Positions 1-9,979 are shown, numbered from the stretch's first letter. The stretch is 64,000 bases of DNA from Nitrospirota bacterium (GCA_963818475.1 CAWFSF010000006.1:1504001-1568000), one strand, 5' to 3'. Program-made: numbers and translations. The notes: generated from the sequence alone by a model not told the origin.

Positions 1-182
1 GATGTTCGTGGCATTTTGATGAGTGAGCGGGCGGCGTTGGTGAAGCGCGAGGCAATGGATTTTATATTGGAGAAAAAATTCTTGAGAAAATCTAACCACG
101 GCGGAGGTGACCAGGAAAATGAACCGAAGAACTTCGAAAGTATGCCGAGCACTGCCTTGAACAAAGCGCTGATGAACTTCAC
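1..182 (-). CDS. 5' part of a gene running off the left edge; N-terminus resembles bacterial alpha-2-macroglobulin (MG2) family proteins
   Basis: GGAGG RBS, then GTG at 182 opens MKFISALFKAVLGILSKFFGSFSWSPPPWLDF... to the window edge. The 'FGxxSWSPPPWL' motif is recalled from A2M-family N-termini and was not verified. Confidence 0.45.
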   Translation of the reverse strand, partial: MKFISALFKAVLGILSKFFGSFSWSPPPWLDFLKNFFSNIKSIASRFTNAARSLIKMPRT

Positions 183-244
183 TATCAACCTCCCGATGGT
201 TTGATCCGACTAATACAAACGCATTTAGATTCGTTACTGATTTG

Positions 245-294
245 CCCCTCACCTTTGTCCTCTCCCCGGCGGGGAGAGGGTAGGGCGAGGGGGG
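245..294. repeat. REP/CIR-like palindromic intergenic repeat, copy 1
   Basis: CCCCTCACCTTTGTCCTCTCCCC-GGC-GGGGAGAGGGTAGGGCGAGGGG hairpin. The same family occurs at 18910 and 35621. Confidence 0.8.
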
Positions 295-331
295 GACTTT
301 CCTGGATGTAACAATATTTAATTCGTTTGGA

Positions 332-1012
332 TTAATACCCCGTCAGCGAAAAATGCATGAAATCCTTCTGTTTGCCCGCGATCTCGCCGCCCCATTTGAA
401 ACCAGCCTGCGTGAGCAGGTTGACGACATCGCTGTTCTTATCAAGCGTTCCCCACACACCGGGTCTCCATTCACCGCCCCGGATCAGCCGGCACTCAGGT
501 CCGAACGTGATGCAGTTATCGTACAGCCCATTCTGCTCAGGGTTAATATCTATGGCCGTTCCGAAGGAATGATTACTGAAGACGGTGCGGTTGCCGTTCC
601 CGTCAACCGGGCCGCGCGACTTGATCACGTGGTATCCCACGACCGTATTGATCGGTGCTCCCTTACTGACAATATTCCTGAGAATGGAGAGCACCTTCGG
701 CGCAATCTTGAAACAAACAGAAAACGACTGCAGCGGCGGTATATCGATACGTTCCTGATCTTCACTGCAAACAGTGCATCCGGTTTCCGGGTCTCGCTCA
801 TTGTCCGCGATCTCAGCGTAGGAATGACTGACCTTCTTGGTACTTGAACTGCTTTTCTGGTTCACATTCCATACCTGCATCTCATACGAACAATAGGACG
901 GTTCTGGACGGGCTGCTGCCTCGGACCAGGCCGGCAATGAAACAACAAGGATCGCTATAACAGCTGTTGCAGACAGGCGGCGCATTATCCCGACTCCGAT
1001 GCAACTATTCAT
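332..1012 (-). CDS. M15 family metallopeptidase (D-Ala-D-Ala/L-Ala-D-Glu peptidase-like), exported
   Basis: SNHSFGTAIDIN, GFKWGG and DFMHFS zinc-peptidase motifs, plus a signal-peptide-like N-terminus. Start is uncertain. Confidence 0.85.
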   Translation of the reverse strand: MNSCIGVGIMRRLSATAVIAILVVSLPAWSEAAARPEPSYCSYEMQVWNVNQKSSSSTKKVSHSYAEIADNERDPETGCTVCSEDQERIDIPPLQSFSVCFKIAPKVLSILRNIVSKGAPINTVVGYHVIKSRGPVDGNGNRTVFSNHSFGTAIDINPEQNGLYDNCITFGPECRLIRGGEWRPGVWGTLDKNSDVVNLLTQAGFKWGGEIAGKQKDFMHFSLTGY

Positions 1013-1126
1013 GCCATCTCCACCAAGTCGCCGATCCGAAAACATCACAGCGGTGATGCGAAATCTTAACTCTTCCATGGTTTTAAAATATTTGGATTCT
1101 GCCCCATGTTCTCCGACAAAACAATC

Positions 1127-2338
1127 CTACTGCGCCTTGTTCTCGCTCGCCTGGAGGATCCGGAGATTTCCCTTGTCCACGTCGGTAAGCAGGCTGTCGG
1201 TATAGCTCGGGTTTTGGCTGTACCAGGGCTTCGTGGTGAAATAGTCGTGCAGGTCAGGTGATTGGAAGACCCTGCCGTGGCGGGCGTAGACCTCGTTCCG
1301 CATGACACGAAGCTCGGCCTTGCTCCGCCCCTGGAGGTCGGTCTCGGTAACGATCCGGTCCGCCGGCGTGAGATAGCTATCGACGGATTTAAGGTTATCC
1401 GGGATTCCGAGTGCTTCTTCAGGTTTCTCCTGAGGGGCCGGCGCAGCGGGCGCGAGCGACTGATAGGTGAGCTCCAGTTTGATCCGGTCGCGTTCTTTTT
1501 TCGCTTCCGTGTTTTCCGCGTTGAGCTTCACTGCGTCGTCAAGGAGCGTCTTTGCCTGTTTAAAGTCTTTCGCGGCTGCTTTGAGCATGGCGTGCTGGTA
1601 CAGGATATCGGAGGCTTCCTTGCGCTTGCCCATCTTGCGGTAAATAGCTGCTATCTCGGCCATGATTTCCTCGCGGCCATCCTTTATCCGGTTCAGCAGG
1701 GACACATAGGTGTCTTCCTCGAGAAAGCCGGCAGGAGGAGTGACGGTCTCCTTGTAGTAAGAAAGCGTATAGAGTTTCAGAAAATCGCCTTCGGCGAAAT
1801 CGGTGCGCGGGCGGTACCCAAGAAGGATGTTGCCCGCATATTCCGGTGCCCGGACCTTCATGTCGGATCTTTGTGCCTTGACCCATTGTACGGCAAGCTG
1901 CGCGTCACGCCGGATTTCCGGGGAGTTCTTCGGCAGGAGTTTTATACGAACGAGCAGCGCTGCCAAAAGATGGGGACTTTTTTCGTTGGCTTTGAGGAGC
2001 CCGAGCCAGTAGTCGGGCTCGGCTGTGCCGGACTTCGAGACAGCTATCGACCGGACGAACATATAATACAAAAAGGAATCCATGTATTTGCTCTGGCCCA
2101 GGGCAGGCATAGCCGCTATCCTTTTTGCCTCGTCATAGACCTCCGCGTCCTTCTTCGTCTTTTCGGTCAGATCGAGCACTTCGAGAAACTTCCGGTCGAT
2201 CTCCTTGTCGACCTGGTAGTCAGGCGCCACGCGCTCCAACCGCTTCACGTTCTTCACGAGGTTCCAATCCCCTGCATAGGAAATACCTGCAATCATTACC
2301 GAGAGTACGACGAGCAGTGCGAGCGAAACTTTCTTCAT
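1127..2338 (-). CDS. Exported TPR + YARHG domain protein
   Basis: Signal peptide, TPR-like helices, and C-terminal LRVMRNEVYARHGRVF...YFTTKPWY. Confidence 0.9.
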   Translation of the reverse strand: MKKVSLALLVVLSVMIAGISYAGDWNLVKNVKRLERVAPDYQVDKEIDRKFLEVLDLTEKTKKDAEVYDEAKRIAAMPALGQSKYMDSFLYYMFVRSIAVSKSGTAEPDYWLGLLKANEKSPHLLAALLVRIKLLPKNSPEIRRDAQLAVQWVKAQRSDMKVRAPEYAGNILLGYRPRTDFAEGDFLKLYTLSYYKETVTPPAGFLEEDTYVSLLNRIKDGREEIMAEIAAIYRKMGKRKEASDILYQHAMLKAAAKDFKQAKTLLDDAVKLNAENTEAKKERDRIKLELTYQSLAPAAPAPQEKPEEALGIPDNLKSVDSYLTPADRIVTETDLQGRSKAELRVMRNEVYARHGRVFQSPDLHDYFTTKPWYSQNPSYTDSLLTDVDKGNLRILQASENKAQ

Positions 2339-2522
2339 GGAGCCCCCCCTTTTGGATGTTTCCTGATGTATCGACGTAATGCCCTAGTTATTTTCTTTGA
2401 TCACGATATGCCCTTGCGGCATGTAAACGACCCGATCAGGGCCGTACCAGAACCGCCTCTCAACACGTCCGTCCATGCCATACCCCTTCTGAGAAGAAAG
2501 ACCGTTGTGCATTATGCGTATG

Positions 2523-2551
2523 AGTATAGAGACAGCCGGAAAAATGGTCAA
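2523..2551 (-). promoter_or_regulatory. sigma70-type promoter upstream of the YARHG gene
   Basis: TTGACC-17 nt-TATACT on the minus strand. Confidence 0.6.
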
Positions 2552-2674
2552 GAAGATATATGGGGTACAGGCGGGGTATTGACAATTAGAAAAAAAATTA
2601 CGGCCCGGTAAGGAGAGGGAAGTCTTTTGTAAAGGAGGAAATCCGGTTGTATGTTTTTCCACTGCCGACAGAGA

Positions 2675-5082
2675 TCAAAAAGAAGCGCTCTGATCCCAAA
2701 ACAAAGCCACGTCCTTCAAGATGCTTTCCGAAACCAGTTCATTGACATCGGATCCGAACCAGTCTGTGGGCATGGACCGGGAATAAGCCGGCTGAACGAA
2801 GCGGTTGTCCATCAGCACGATAAGGCCCCGGTCTTTCTCGGAGCGGATCACCCTGCCTGCCGCCTGGACCGCCTTTGCCATGGCAGGGATCGCATAGGCA
2901 TAATCAAAGCCCGCGTGGTATCGCCTCTCGTAATACTCCCGCATCTGTTCCCGTTCAAGATCGAAGTTCGGCAGCGGCGGCCCGATCACGAACGCACCGA
3001 TCGCCATCTCGCCCGGATAGTCCACTCCTTCCGAGAACGTGCCGCCCTGTACGGCAAAGAGGATCTTCGGAACGCTCCCCTCGCGGAGCTGCTCCAATAC
3101 CTCCTCGACCCTGGCCCCTTTCATCTCCCGCTCCTGTTTGAGGATCGTAAAGCCTTCCGGTACCGTGAACAGGCTATGCACCCGTTCCAGGAATTCGAAG
3201 CTCGGGAAGAAGGCAAAGTAATTCCCAAGGCGAAGGGCCGCTACCCGCGCAATGACATCGGCGATCTTCCCATAGTTGCGTTCGCGGTCCGAGTATTTGG
3301 TCGAGACCTGGGGAATGATCAGGAGCTTGCGATGCTCTTTCGGGAACGGGCTCGGGAACTCTGCTGTCTTGACGCTCAGCGGGTCGAGGCCCGACAGCTG
3401 AGCATAGTAATTAAAGGGCTTTAACGTTGCCGAGAACCCGACAACCTGCTCGTAGTCATGGTACCGGTCCTTAAGCATTTCCGATGCGTCGCAGCAGGTG
3501 ATCTTTACAATCCCGCCGTTTCCCTGGGGATGGAAGGTGGCAAAGAACTCCTCCGCAGCCGTCCCTTCCAGGTACTCAAGAGCTTCGGTGAATGCGGACC
3601 AGTAAAAACAGAGCCCCATGATAACGTCCCGGGGCTGAATCACGACGTCGGAATCAAGGTAGCGGGAAAGGAAGGTGCGGAGCTTTGCGTCCTGCTCAAG
3701 GAAGGCGTCAACGGGTGGATCGATCTTCTGCGGCTTCGACGTTCCTGACCGATTGCATGAGGCGATCACCTGGATACAGGAACCGAGCAGCTCTTCTGCC
3801 TCTGGTTGAAAACGGGAAGGCAGACTGTGGATCCCGCTCCTCATCTGTTCGAGCACGCAGGCTTGAAAGCGCGGGAGAATAGTAGTCCATGGCGCGGGAA
3901 GGAAGATTATGGGCCTCGTCGATCACGAGGTTCGGCTTTCCTGTTTGATCGATGGCGGACAGGGTCATGCGTCCGAAGGCCGAGCGCGGCGCAAACACGT
4001 AGTTGTAATCGCAGATCACCACATCCGCTTCCTCTGCCGCGTCGAGCTGCAGTTCGAAGGGGCAGACAGCATGTTCCGCTCCCAGATCGCGGAACACCCG
4101 GGCCGTGAGCTTCCTCTTCTTCGCGAGGATATCGAGGATCCCCTCTGCAGCGACCTTGGTGTAATGGTCCTTTGCATATTCGCAGAAGGCCGGGTCGCAG
4201 AGCGGCTCGTTCTGGAAGCAGATCTTGCTCTTCGCCGTGATCGTGAGCGATTTTATCCTCGAACCGCTTTTCTTGAACCGGTCCACCGCATCCTCGGCAA
4301 CCAGGTGCTGGCTGTTCTTGGGAGTGACATAGACCACTCTCTGGCCGCGGCTTAAGGCCTGCTTCAGAACAGGATAGAGAACGCCGATGGTCTTCCCGAG
4401 CCCCGTGGGCGCCTGGATCAGCATCGGCCGGGTTTCAGCCATCCCCTCTTCGACCAGGCGGATGAGCTCGCTCTGGCCTTGACGGAGGTTTTCATAAGGA
4501 AAGGAGATCGCTGCAGCCAATTTTCTGCGCCGCAGTGCCCGCTTCTCCGCCTGTGCCGCCTCTTTGACCAGCTCATCAAGGCGCAGGTCCAGCCATGCTT
4601 CATAAGCAGGGAGATCAAGCGTGAGGGAGAGGTCCAGGGACTCTCTCGTGCGGGTGGAGACCAGATGGAAGGTAAGCTCGGGAACGACCTTGTGTTCGAG
4701 CCAGAAGATGTAGCCGTAGGTCAGGAGCTGGAGGCAATACGGATGGTCCAGCGGATTCCCGGAGAGCTTGCGGCGGAGTTCATGGAGGTTAAAGCCGGTC
4801 TTGATCTCCTCGATCCTGGGCAGGTCTGCCCGGAAGATCCCGTCCATGCGTCCGTCGATCCGGAACCGGTAGTCCTCCCCGTTCGAACGAACGGCTGACC
4901 GCGACCTCGGCTTCATAGGATGGATCGGACTTTGCCCGCTTCTTCTGCACCCGGACGTGGATCTCCTGTCCTTCAAGAGCCGCCCGCCCAAAGCCCGAAT
5001 GGGCTTCGATGCTTCCGGTCCTGGGAACGGGAAGAGCGAACTCGCTGACTGCAACGGGGATGAGCTTTGATGGGGAGGTCAT
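2675..5082 (-). CDS. DinG/XPD-family Fe-S helicase with N-terminal PD-(D/E)XK (RecB/Cas4-like) nuclease; split by two frameshifts
   Basis: Pieces 4789-5082, 3708-~4870 and 2675-3856 join. Nuclease motifs: GRMDG...EEIKT...QLLTY. Helicase motifs: APTGLGKT, Fe-S Cys (KICF..CDPAFC..CPFE), DEAH, FSEGVDY, QAAGRVIR. Confidence 0.9.
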
Positions 5083-5153
5083 AGGTTGCGAAGCGACAGG
5101 GAGACGGTCTGCGATAAATGTTGGTTGTGGAGTATTTTCACGTCACATTTGCA

Positions 5154-5213
5154 CGAGAACATGCGGCTCACGCGCCGCTTCCTGGCGCGTCGTCGTCAAG
5201 GCGCAGGTTGGAA
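5154..5213 (-). mobile_element. integron attC-like site 1
   Basis: Minus strand TTCCAAC-CTGCGCCTTGACGACGACGCGCC-AGGAAG-CGGCGCGTGAGCCGCAT-GTTCTCG. An imperfect ~60-bp palindrome with AAC/GTT ends, 41 bp after the ParE stop. Confidence 0.7.
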
Positions 5214-5254
5214 TACTTATCAGTTGACTGGTGCTGGCTTGTAATGAGAATGGG

Positions 5255-5548
5255 CTATCGAATGCGATTTTTCCAGTATCCTGGTTCACGGTGGCAGTGC
5301 ATTACAGCCATGATAAGAATGTAATCTGGTTCGATGGAGTAGAGAATGGCATAAGGAAATACGCGCGTCAGATAGCGGCGTACATCCTTTTCAAGGGGTT
5401 TCCATTGTTCAGGTTTTTCGGCAATACGCTGAATTGCGTGTTCAACCGCGTCGATAAAACGCTGCCCCAGACCAAGTTGGCAAGCCTCATAATATCGGGC
5501 CGCATCTTGATATTCTTCCAAAGCATCGGGATGGAATTCACATCTCAT
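5255..5548 (-). CDS. RelE/ParE family toxin
   Basis: MRCEFHPDALEEYQDAARYY...GLGQRFIDAV...FPYAILY...AVMHCHREPGYWKNR, a typical ParE-like sequence. Confidence 0.9.
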   Translation of the reverse strand: MRCEFHPDALEEYQDAARYYEACQLGLGQRFIDAVEHAIQRIAEKPEQWKPLEKDVRRYLTRVFPYAILYSIEPDYILIMAVMHCHREPGYWKNRIR

Positions 5549-5650
5549 TTTTTGATGGCTTGCCTGACTTGCGCCAGAGCGGCATCACCTGGAATTGTTT
5601 TAACGCGGCCACTACGCACATCATCTCGTCGCCGACAAGCTTCACTAATC
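5545..5650 (-). pseudogene. C-terminal remnant of an addiction-module antitoxin (TIGR02574-like)
   Basis: Frame ISEACRRRDDVRSGRVKTIPGDAALAQVRQAIKK* overlaps the toxin ATG. There is no in-frame start before an upstream stop. Confidence 0.7.
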
Positions 5651-5754
5651 GGGGACGTTGTCGTCGATTCATCTGATCGCCTGGATCCAGCTTCTGCACA
5701 AAAGCTTCACTTCGCCATTGCACATGAACGCGGCGCCACCCTGGCGTTACTGTC

Positions 5755-6507
5755 TCAGAATCTCTGCTTCCCTCGTTCCACAGGAATCACGCGCACTTTG
5801 TTCTCCGGATAGCTGGTAACGTAAGCCGCTGCCGGTATGTTTCTATCGTCCTCGTAATAGAAATCGGTCTTCACGATCGACACCCGTGTTTCAGGCTCGT
5901 ACATGGTCATGTGGCTTAGCTGTCCCAGCTCGTTATATTCATACTCGGTGTACGTCACGATCGACTCCTGCGCGCGCAACACGATCTTCTCAGTCTCTGC
6001 CCAGCCCGAAGGTGCGCTTTTCGCCAGTCCGACCACGAACCCGCCCGCGCCGCCGACGACAGTGGACACGGCCGCGGCTCCGGCAGCATTTTTCAAGTCC
6101 CTGGCGCTGGCTTCCGAGGAATCCATCACTGCGCTTATCAGGAGAAATCCGACCAAACCGCCTACCTCGAACCCCTCTCCGGTCCAGTGATATACGATTC
6201 GCAGAGGGACCATGAGATCGCCATGCGTCCGCTTGATTGCGATATCAAACGTCTTGACAGGCATATTGTCACGAAACAGTCCTATCGTAAATTTTTCTCC
6301 AGGATCGTCTGGTCGCTTGTTCAGCGTCTTTATGAACAGGGGCATGCCATTCTGATCATATTCCACTTCCCTCAAGAGGACCGTCCGGAGAGAGCCGCCG
6401 GAGGACTGATCTTCCAGGTTCACATGCTTGGTGCCGCAGGCAGTAAGAACGCTCAGACACCATACGGCGGCAACAAAGATCAGTCGCGTATTATTCCGTA
6501 GAATCAT
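5755..6507 (-). CDS. Hypothetical lipoprotein with Gly/Ala-rich hydrophobic hairpin
   Basis: Lipobox LTAC, segments GGLVGFLLISA and AAGAAAVSTVVGGAGGFVVGLA, and YD-like EYDQNG/EYNELG motifs. Confidence 0.65.
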   Translation of the reverse strand: MILRNNTRLIFVAAVWCLSVLTACGTKHVNLEDQSSGGSLRTVLLREVEYDQNGMPLFIKTLNKRPDDPGEKFTIGLFRDNMPVKTFDIAIKRTHGDLMVPLRIVYHWTGEGFEVGGLVGFLLISAVMDSSEASARDLKNAAGAAAVSTVVGGAGGFVVGLAKSAPSGWAETEKIVLRAQESIVTYTEYEYNELGQLSHMTMYEPETRVSIVKTDFYYEDDRNIPAAAYVTSYPENKVRVIPVERGKQRF

Positions 6508-6586
6508 TTGAGTGTGGCCCCTTTTCTTCTTAAAATGTCCAATCAGGCCCGTGTCTACTTTCATGTCATTCAACTTCTTCGAGTCG

Positions 6587-6711
6587 GCAGGTTGGGTAGA
6601 ACGAAGTGAAAACCCAACGTTTCGCAAAGCCTGACAGTGCTGTCACTTCGATGACGATATTGATCAAATCGATTAAATCTGTCGGGTTTCGCGCCGCTCT
6701 ACCCGACCTAC
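6587..6711. repeat. GTAG-family REP doublet (REPIN-like)
   Basis: GCAGGTTGGGTAGAACGAAGTGAAAACCCAAC ... GTCGGGTTTCGCGCCGCTCTACCCGACCTAC form an inverted pair around a ~60-bp spacer. Confidence 0.8.
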
Positions 6712-6789
6712 GAGCTATCATGCGATTTTTTGGGAACAACTTGTTGCGATTCATTCCTACATCTACAAAACTTCACGTGACCTTTGCAC

Positions 6790-6847
6790 ATGAAACGCGC
6801 AGGTGAAACGCGAAGCTTCTCCGAGTCGTTCTCGACCCGCGTAATAA
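6790..6847 (-). mobile_element. integron attC-like site 2 (degenerate)
   Basis: Minus strand TTATTAC-GCGGGTCGAGAACGACTCGGAGAAGCTTCGCGTTTCACCTGCGC-GTTTCAT, 8 bp after the GNAT stop. Confidence 0.6.
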
Positions 6848-6855
6848 GACCCTCG

Positions 6856-7348
6856 TCAGATCATCTTTTGCATCCAGACAACATCAAATATTTGTCCGTT
6901 CTTTTTGCCGATCTTCTGGAAACGTCCGCATTCAACAAAACCGCTTTTCTTGTGAAAGCTAATACTGCTGTCGTTCAAAGATGATATGTTGGCCAGTATT
7001 GTTGAAATGCCTTTTGCTTTTGCCTCTTTCACGAGGTGTCCAAGCATCAGGCCGCCTAAGCCCTTGTTTGTGTATCCAGCCTTTACAAAATAGGTGATCT
7101 CAGCTGTCACAGAAAAAGCTGGAAATGGGTTGTAGGGGCGGAGGAGTCCAAAACCGACAACACTACCAGTCTCGTCCTTTGCGACAACGGTTGGATATCC
7201 ATCGCTCATTTTCTGAAGCATATCGAAAGACTTCATAAGGTATTTTTCTTTCAGGATATGCGGCAAAACTATTTTCGATATAGTGATTAAAAATATCAAC
7301 TACGGGTTCACGGACTTCTTTTGTCATAGGTTCAAGCTGAACACTCAC
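6856..7348 (-). CDS. GNAT acetyltransferase (phosphinothricin/YncA-like), one frameshift; gene-cassette architecture
   Basis: AGGAGG RBS and GTG at 7348. MSVQLEPM...IFNHYIENSFAAYPE joins AEITYFV...KGLGG...ISSLNDSSISFHKKSGF..GRF...FDVVWMQK. AT-rich and flanked by attC-like sites. Confidence 0.85.
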
Positions 7349-7371
7349 TCTGTCCTCCTTTCTTCAACATA

Positions 7372-7433
7372 GTCTAACGCGCGGGTGTACCGCCGCGGCT
7401 TCTCATCGGACGGAGACGACCCTCATGTTGGTT
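7372..7433 (-). mobile_element. integron attC-like site 3
   Basis: Minus strand AACCAAC-ATGAGGGTCGTCTCCG...GCGGTACACCCGCGC-GTTAGAC. It ends in a canonical GTTRRRY core just before the GNAT RBS. Confidence 0.7.
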
Positions 7434-8052
7434 TGATCACTCCAATATTTTTCCATAATTTAGCCTGCAAAACACTCACAGTAGATTTTACAGTTTTAAA
7501 AAATCGAATCATTTCTTTTACGCGTTGTTAGAACCTCTTTATCTACATCAATCGCACTATTCGACTGTTTGGCTTTCTCAAAATGGATTTTAATATCCTT
7601 GATCGCAACAATGTTTGTTAAGAGAAAAATCAACTTTGCAATCAAAACGGGTCGTTGAACTTTTTCGGAGATGGAAAATATAATTCGTTATGAGTGAAAA
7701 TACGATAGGTATGGGGATTGATTTTGCGATACTTGTAAAGTTTGTCGGGAAGGCCCATTAGCGATATCCATATGTCTTGAAAATAAGATTCAACCAGTTA
7801 TTGACTATAAGGAACTCAGTTTGTAATATTACAAATCGGTTTATTATATTATAAACTTTCAGGGTTTGTAGTATTATAAACCTGATGTAGAAGCATTTCC
7901 CATGTACTTAGGCTCGATAATATGCTTTATCAGCAGTCGATGTCAAAGATTCCAATGGGGTATTTTAAGAGGATATTGCTGAAGGGTACGGTTTGTAACT
8001 TTATGTATTGCAAAGGATGGAAACATCAACGAGTACAGGAAAAAATGTCTTG

Positions 8053-8163
8053 CTAGAACGCTCGAAGAAACTTCTCTAGGGTTTCAATAAGAATGACGCC
8101 GATAAGAAGCCCCAGAAGGACGATGCCGATATACGTCAAGGCAGACTTCAATCGATCGTTCAT
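8053..8163 (-). CDS. Small single-pass membrane peptide (36 aa)
   Basis: GGAG RBS 12 bp after the dedA stop, then MNDRLKSALTYIGIVLLGLLIGVILIETLEKFLRAF*. Confidence 0.55.
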   Translation of the reverse strand: MNDRLKSALTYIGIVLLGLLIGVILIETLEKFLRAF

Positions 8164-8175
8164 CAGATCTCCGCC

Positions 8176-8790
8176 CTATTCACCCGGTTCCAGCAGCTTT
8201 TTCCTGCGGTGGTTCCACACATAGACCGCCACGATGGCCACGCTCATGAGCACGGCGCCGATCAGGGCCTGGTGCGAGTACTGCATGATCAGCTCCTGGT
8301 TCGCGCCGATGAAATAGCCGATATAGGTGAGGATCGTGACCCACATGCCCGCGCCCAGGAGCGTATAGAGCGAGAATTTCCAGTGGTTCATGCCTGCGAG
8401 GCCTGCGGGGAGGGAGATAAGGTGGCGCACCACCGGCAGGAGCCTGCCGATAAAGGTCGACACTTCGCCGTGGTCCTTGAAGAACGTCTCGACCTTCGCG
8501 AATTTCTCTTCAGTGATCCAGACATACTTGCCGTACTTTAGAAGCAGCGGCCTGCCGAGATAATGAGCGGCGAAGTAGTTCGCATAGGCGCCCACCAGGC
8601 TGCCCAGCGGTGCCGCAGAGAATGGCGACGAACATGTTCATCTGCCCCTGCTGGGCAAGATACCCTGCCGGCGGCATCACGAGCTCGCTCGGGATTGGAA
8701 TGACCGAGCTCTCCATGGCCATCAGGAGAAAGATGCCGGGATAGCCGAGCGTCCCGATCGTTACAAGCAGCCAGATACCAGTGCATGCAT
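8176..8790 (-). CDS. dedA: DedA family membrane protein (two frameshifts)
   Basis: GYPGIFLLMAMESSVIPIPSELVMPPAGY and FIGRLLPVVRHLISLPAG motifs. Confidence 0.9.
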
Positions 8791-8875
8791 CTTTACCTCT
8801 ATTAATCCATGTAATTTTAATAAGACACAATACAAGTTCCGACATTCCGTCTTGAATTCCGATATCATTCCGCAT

Positions 8876-9791
8876 TTATGGACGCATTCGACTTTCTTCC
8901 CCAATGATGCCGATGTTCTTCAGCATCCGGTCGTCTTCGCGCCAGCCCTTCTTCACCTTCACCCAGAGCTGCAGGAAGATCTTGGCACCCAGCAGTTTCT
9001 CTGCATCACGCCGCGCAAGCGTGCCGATCTGCTTCAGCATGGCTCCGCCCTTGCCGATCAGGATGCCCTTCTGCGAGTCGCGTTCCACGTAAATAATGGC
9101 CGTGATCCGCGTGATCTCGGGCTCTTCCTTCATTTCTTCGATCACCACGGCGGTGGAGTACGGGATCTCGTCCTTGGTAAGCTCAAAGACCTTTTCCCGG
9201 ATCATCTCGGCCACGACAAAGCGCTCGGGCTGGTCCGTGAGCTGATCATCGGGGAAATACTTCGGCCCCAGCAGGCAGGCGTTTGAGAACATTATCCAAC
9301 AGTTCGCCCAGGTCTTTTTTGAGCGCCGACACGGGGATGATCTCGGCAAACTTATAGAGAGTGCTGTATTCCTGGATGAGCGGCAGGAGCGCGTCCTTTT
9401 TGATGAGGTCCACCTTGTTGATCAGGAGGAATACCGGCGTCTTCACCTGGCTGAGCGTCTCGATGATGAACCGGTCCCCGCCCCCGGGCCTTTCCGTGGC
9501 CTCCACGAGCATCAGGATCACATCCACCTCGCTGTAGGTGGCGAGCGCTGTCTTGACCATGGCCTCGTTCATCTTGTGCATGGGTTTGTGGATGCCGGGA
9601 GTATCCATGAACACGAGCTGCGCATTCTGCTGGTTCACGATCCCGATGATCTTATTACGCGTGGTCTGGGGTTTATCGGAGGTTATGGCGATCTTTTCGC
9701 CGAGCAACGCGTTCAAAAGCGTGGATTTGCCCACATTGGGCCGGCCGACGATGGAAATGAATCCTGATCTGAAGTTTTTATTGTCTGTCAT
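8876..9791 (-). CDS. era: GTPase Era (one frameshift near 9270)
   Basis: [19 protein letters not shown] and NKVD GTPase motifs, plus a KH domain with [15 protein letters not shown]. Confidence 0.95.
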
Positions 9792-9798
9792 GGGGGGT

Positions 9799-9827
9799 AG
9801 AATACCCGAAAAGAGCCCTCTGCGCAA
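9799..9827 (-). promoter_or_regulatory. sigma70 promoter placed for a leaderless era transcript
   Basis: TTGCGC-17 nt-TATTCT-7 nt-ATG, with no Shine-Dalgarno. Confidence 0.55.
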
Positions 9828-9979
9828 TAGAAAAGCCCGGTTCGTGCAGAAATGAGATGCGGAAAAGCCCATCCTTGTGGCTCTGACGCGACCCCATCGC
9901 ACATTCTCATTCGATTCGAGACTTACTGCCAGCTACCGATCGAACGATCAAAATCATGCCCATTAGGGTTTTCCTACAG

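Noticed and set aside
1262-2611. 449-aa plus-strand ORF
   Set aside because: It is antisense to the YARHG gene and has no RBS or motifs.
4600-5082. Cas4-like domain as evidence of CRISPR-Cas (type IV DinG)
   Set aside because: There is no repeat-spacer array and no other cas gene in the window. The fusion fits stand-alone nuclease-DinG proteins.
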